From: a virus
Lineage: Duplodnaviria > Caudoviricetes
Length of the DNA stretch: 37,672 nucleotides
Reading direction: 5' to 3' (one strand)
Virus record (IMG/VR): IMGVR_UViG_3300042808_000009
Location: 1 to 37,672 of that record
Shown piece after piece: positions 35,560 to 37,672 of the stretch. The position numbers were made by a program, and so were the translations under genes. Under the pieces are notes generated by a model that had not been told where the DNA came from, did no database searches, and was given only the letters and a program-made list of their open reading frames with translations. Each line of letters opens with the position of its first letter. The stretch's first letter is position 1.

Positions 35560-37672
35560 ATGGCTTTATTAGACGAAATACTAGCAGAAGACGAAGGACT
35601 GAATAAAAAGTCCGTTCCTTCTAATATTTTCCCTTCTGCGGTAAAAAAAAATATTCCTGCCAAAAAAAGTCTCCTTCAATCTATAGAAGAAGAGGATAAA
35701 AGCACTCCCCTACCCTCTCCAAAAGCCCAAAATAAGCCATTCTGGGAGAAGATGGGGGAGGGGATAGTGCAAATACCTGAAAAGGTAGTAGGAGCAGCTC
35801 AGGAGAGGGCAAAATTGGCTGGAGAATCGATTGCAAAGATACCTACTTATGCAGAAAAAGCAGGAGGTAGTCCTTTGGCTTACGGTTTATCTACACTTCA
35901 AGCCGCTGGAGATGTCGTTGGAGAAGCGGCAAGGTTCGGTGGAGATGTTATTGGAGCTGGTATTTCTCCTTTGGGTGCTATAATACCAGAAGAGGTAAAG
36001 AAACCAGCAGGAGAAGCGATATCAGCAGTCTCAGGTGCTATATCTTCTGGAGTAGAATCTATTCCAGGAATGACACCAGAAATAAAGAAAGGTCTAGGAA
36101 ATGTCTTTGATGTAGCTACTTTAGGATTCGGAGGAAAAGCTGCTAAGGGAGCATTAGAAACAGCTCCTACTGTTGGAAAGGTGGCTAAGGAAGCTGCTGA
36201 AACTACAGTTACTAAAGCTAAGGAGGTAGTTCCAAATGTTATTGAATCGGTAAGAACACCAGAGAGGATTGCCAAGAATGTAGATGAGCTTGAACAGACA
36301 TATATCAATATTGCTAGCGGAACTAAACCAGGAATGAAGAAGTTATCAAAGACTGAAGCAAAGACTGAAGCTCTTGACATGGCTGGAACTTCTGGAAAGA
36401 CACCGATGAGGTTATTAGCAGAACAAAGAATTATTCCTAATGTATCTGGAACTAAGATAGATACAGCCGCTCAAGCAGATGAATTAAGAAAATCAGTCTC
36501 TCCTTTAGTAGAGAAGAATAAGGAGGCACTGAAACAGGCAGAACTCTCTACCGCTCCAGTTTCTTTCGATGAACTAGAACAAGCAGCAATAGCAAAAGCA
36601 AAAACCCAAAGAAATGTAGATAGCGGAAGATTCGATAAGATGGAAAAGGAAATAATAAACGAGTTCAATTTACTTAGGAAAAACTATCCAGAAGGAAATG
36701 TACCGCTTACGAAGATAGACGAAATAAAATCAGCAAGGTGGGATAATATTTTTGCTAATAAGGGATTGATGGATGCAGACATCCTTAAAAAAGATAGTGA
36801 GTATGCAATCGCAAAATCTCTCCAGGAAACAATAGAGAAAAGAGCCAAAGAGGCTGGAAATGAAAATGTAGCTCAGTTAAATAGAGATATCGGGGATATT
36901 TTAGAATCATCTAAGTTCCTAGAGGACATCAATGGAAATACAATCAAGGGAGGAAGACTTTTGAAATATGTCACTACCGCTATCGGTGGAACTTATGGGA
37001 CAAGTGCCTTTGGTAAAGTTATTGGAGCATTGACTGGAAACATGGTCGGTCAATTGATTCTATCTAATGAGATAGCCAATCCTATCAAAAGGGCTATTCT
37101 AGGAGAGTTCAAGGCTTCAAACCCTCAATCATTTACTAAGACAGTAGAATGGCTTAGGAAGCAGAAATTAGACCAAGAATCTAGGAAATTATTACCACCT
37201 CCTAGCTTCATTCCCGCAAAAGCCCCAGAGGTAAAATCAGGAGCGGTACTACCAACAAAACAGACACCTGAAGAACTTAGAGCATCGCAAAGAGCTGCTG
37301 GAGTAAAAACTAATCCCGCTCTCCCATATTCTCTTCCCGCTCCAGGACAGACCACTAAGCCCGCAATAAAAGTATTCCCCGCTGGAAAGAATATAGACTA
37401 TCTAGGAACTGACAAGAATGTAGTGATTCCTGGAAAGTTACCCCAGAGCAAGATTATTAAACCTAAAAACTCTGAAATAACTGTATATAGGGGTGGTAAA
37501 GAAAATGGAAGATATATGTCTACAAGTAAAAATGTAGCTGAAGATTTTGCAAAAAATAGAGGTGGATATGTTTCGCAATTTACTATTAATCCTAATGCAA
37601 AAATAGCAAATTATTCAGATTTTCCAAATGCTACTTATAAAGGAATAAATGATTGTAATATCGATAGATTTT
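35560..37672 (+). CDS. Large DNA ejection protein, runs off the window's right edge; ART-like motif near the end
   Basis: ATG 35560; frame open in every stretch I translated through to the window end (absent from the track because it has no stop); VYRGG...MSTSKNVAEDF. Confidence 0.8.
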   Translation, partial: MALLDEILAEDEGLNKKSVPSNIFPSAVKKNIPAKKSLLQSIEEEDKSTPLPSPKAQNKPFWEKMGEGIVQIPEKVVGAAQERAKLAGESIAKIPTYAEKAGGSPLAYGLSTLQAAGDVVGEAARFGGDVIGAGISPLGAIIPEEVKKPAGEAISAVSGAISSGVESIPGMTPEIKKGLGNVFDVATLGFGGKAAKGALETAPTVGKVAKEAAETTVTKAKEVVPNVIESVRTPERIAKNVDELEQTYINIASGTKPGMKKLSKTEAKTEALDMAGTSGKTPMRLLAEQRIIPNVSGTKIDTAAQADELRKSVSPLVEKNKEALKQAELSTAPVSFDELEQAAIAKAKTQRNVDSGRFDKMEKEIINEFNLLRKNYPEGNVPLTKIDEIKSARWDNIFANKGLMDADILKKDSEYAIAKSLQETIEKRAKEAGNENVAQLNRDIGDILESSKFLEDINGNTIKGGRLLKYVTTAIGGTYGTSAFGKVIGALTGNMVGQLILSNEIANPIKRAILGEFKASNPQSFTKTVEWLRKQKLDQESRKLLPPPSFIPAKAPEVKSGAVLPTKQTPEELRASQRAAGVKTNPALPYSLPAPGQTTKPAIKVFPAGKNIDYLGTDKNVVIPGKLPQSKIIKPKNSEITVYRGGKENGRYMSTSKNVAEDFAKNRGGYVSQFTINPNAKIANYSDFPNATYKGINDCNIDRF

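Noticed and set aside
2263-37355. Minus-strand ORFs opposite long genes (e.g. 2263-2709, 27438-27818, 31897-32352, 35898-36380) and + strand ORFs 19-216, 1554-1751, 5974-6168
   Set aside because: Shadow frames of real genes; no motifs or start context
1-37672. Integrated prophage or att site at a tRNA
   Set aside because: No integrase, repressor, host genes or duplicated tRNA 3' end seen in the window

Overview
The window is about 37.7 kb of an AT-rich tailed phage genome with podovirus (P22-like) architecture. It uses the standard genetic code and is cut within a gene at both ends. Order: leftward early module with three near-identical sigma70 promoters (1-1899); tail-fibre/virion accessory genes (2098-8076); lysis cassette interrupted by a phased DnaA-box array (8160-9949); small hypothetical genes and a wHTH gene; Red-like recombination module (Bet, YqaJ/lambda exonuclease, NinB-like, Holliday junction resolvase); a structured-RNA-rich accessory region (16.7-19.9 kb) with five tRNA-like elements lacking a canonical anticodon arm, many hairpins, micro-ORFs and an Acb2/Tad1-like gene; then TerS, TerL, portal, scaffold, major capsid, adaptor, nozzle, tail fibre and two ejection proteins (lytic transglycosylase domain; ART-like domain). 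I recognised no integrase, repressor, polymerase, helicase, primase or initiator. Mostly SD-less A-rich leaders and the gene families suggest a Patescibacteria/CPR-type host, which is inference only. All calls come from reading motifs by eye; no database searches were run.
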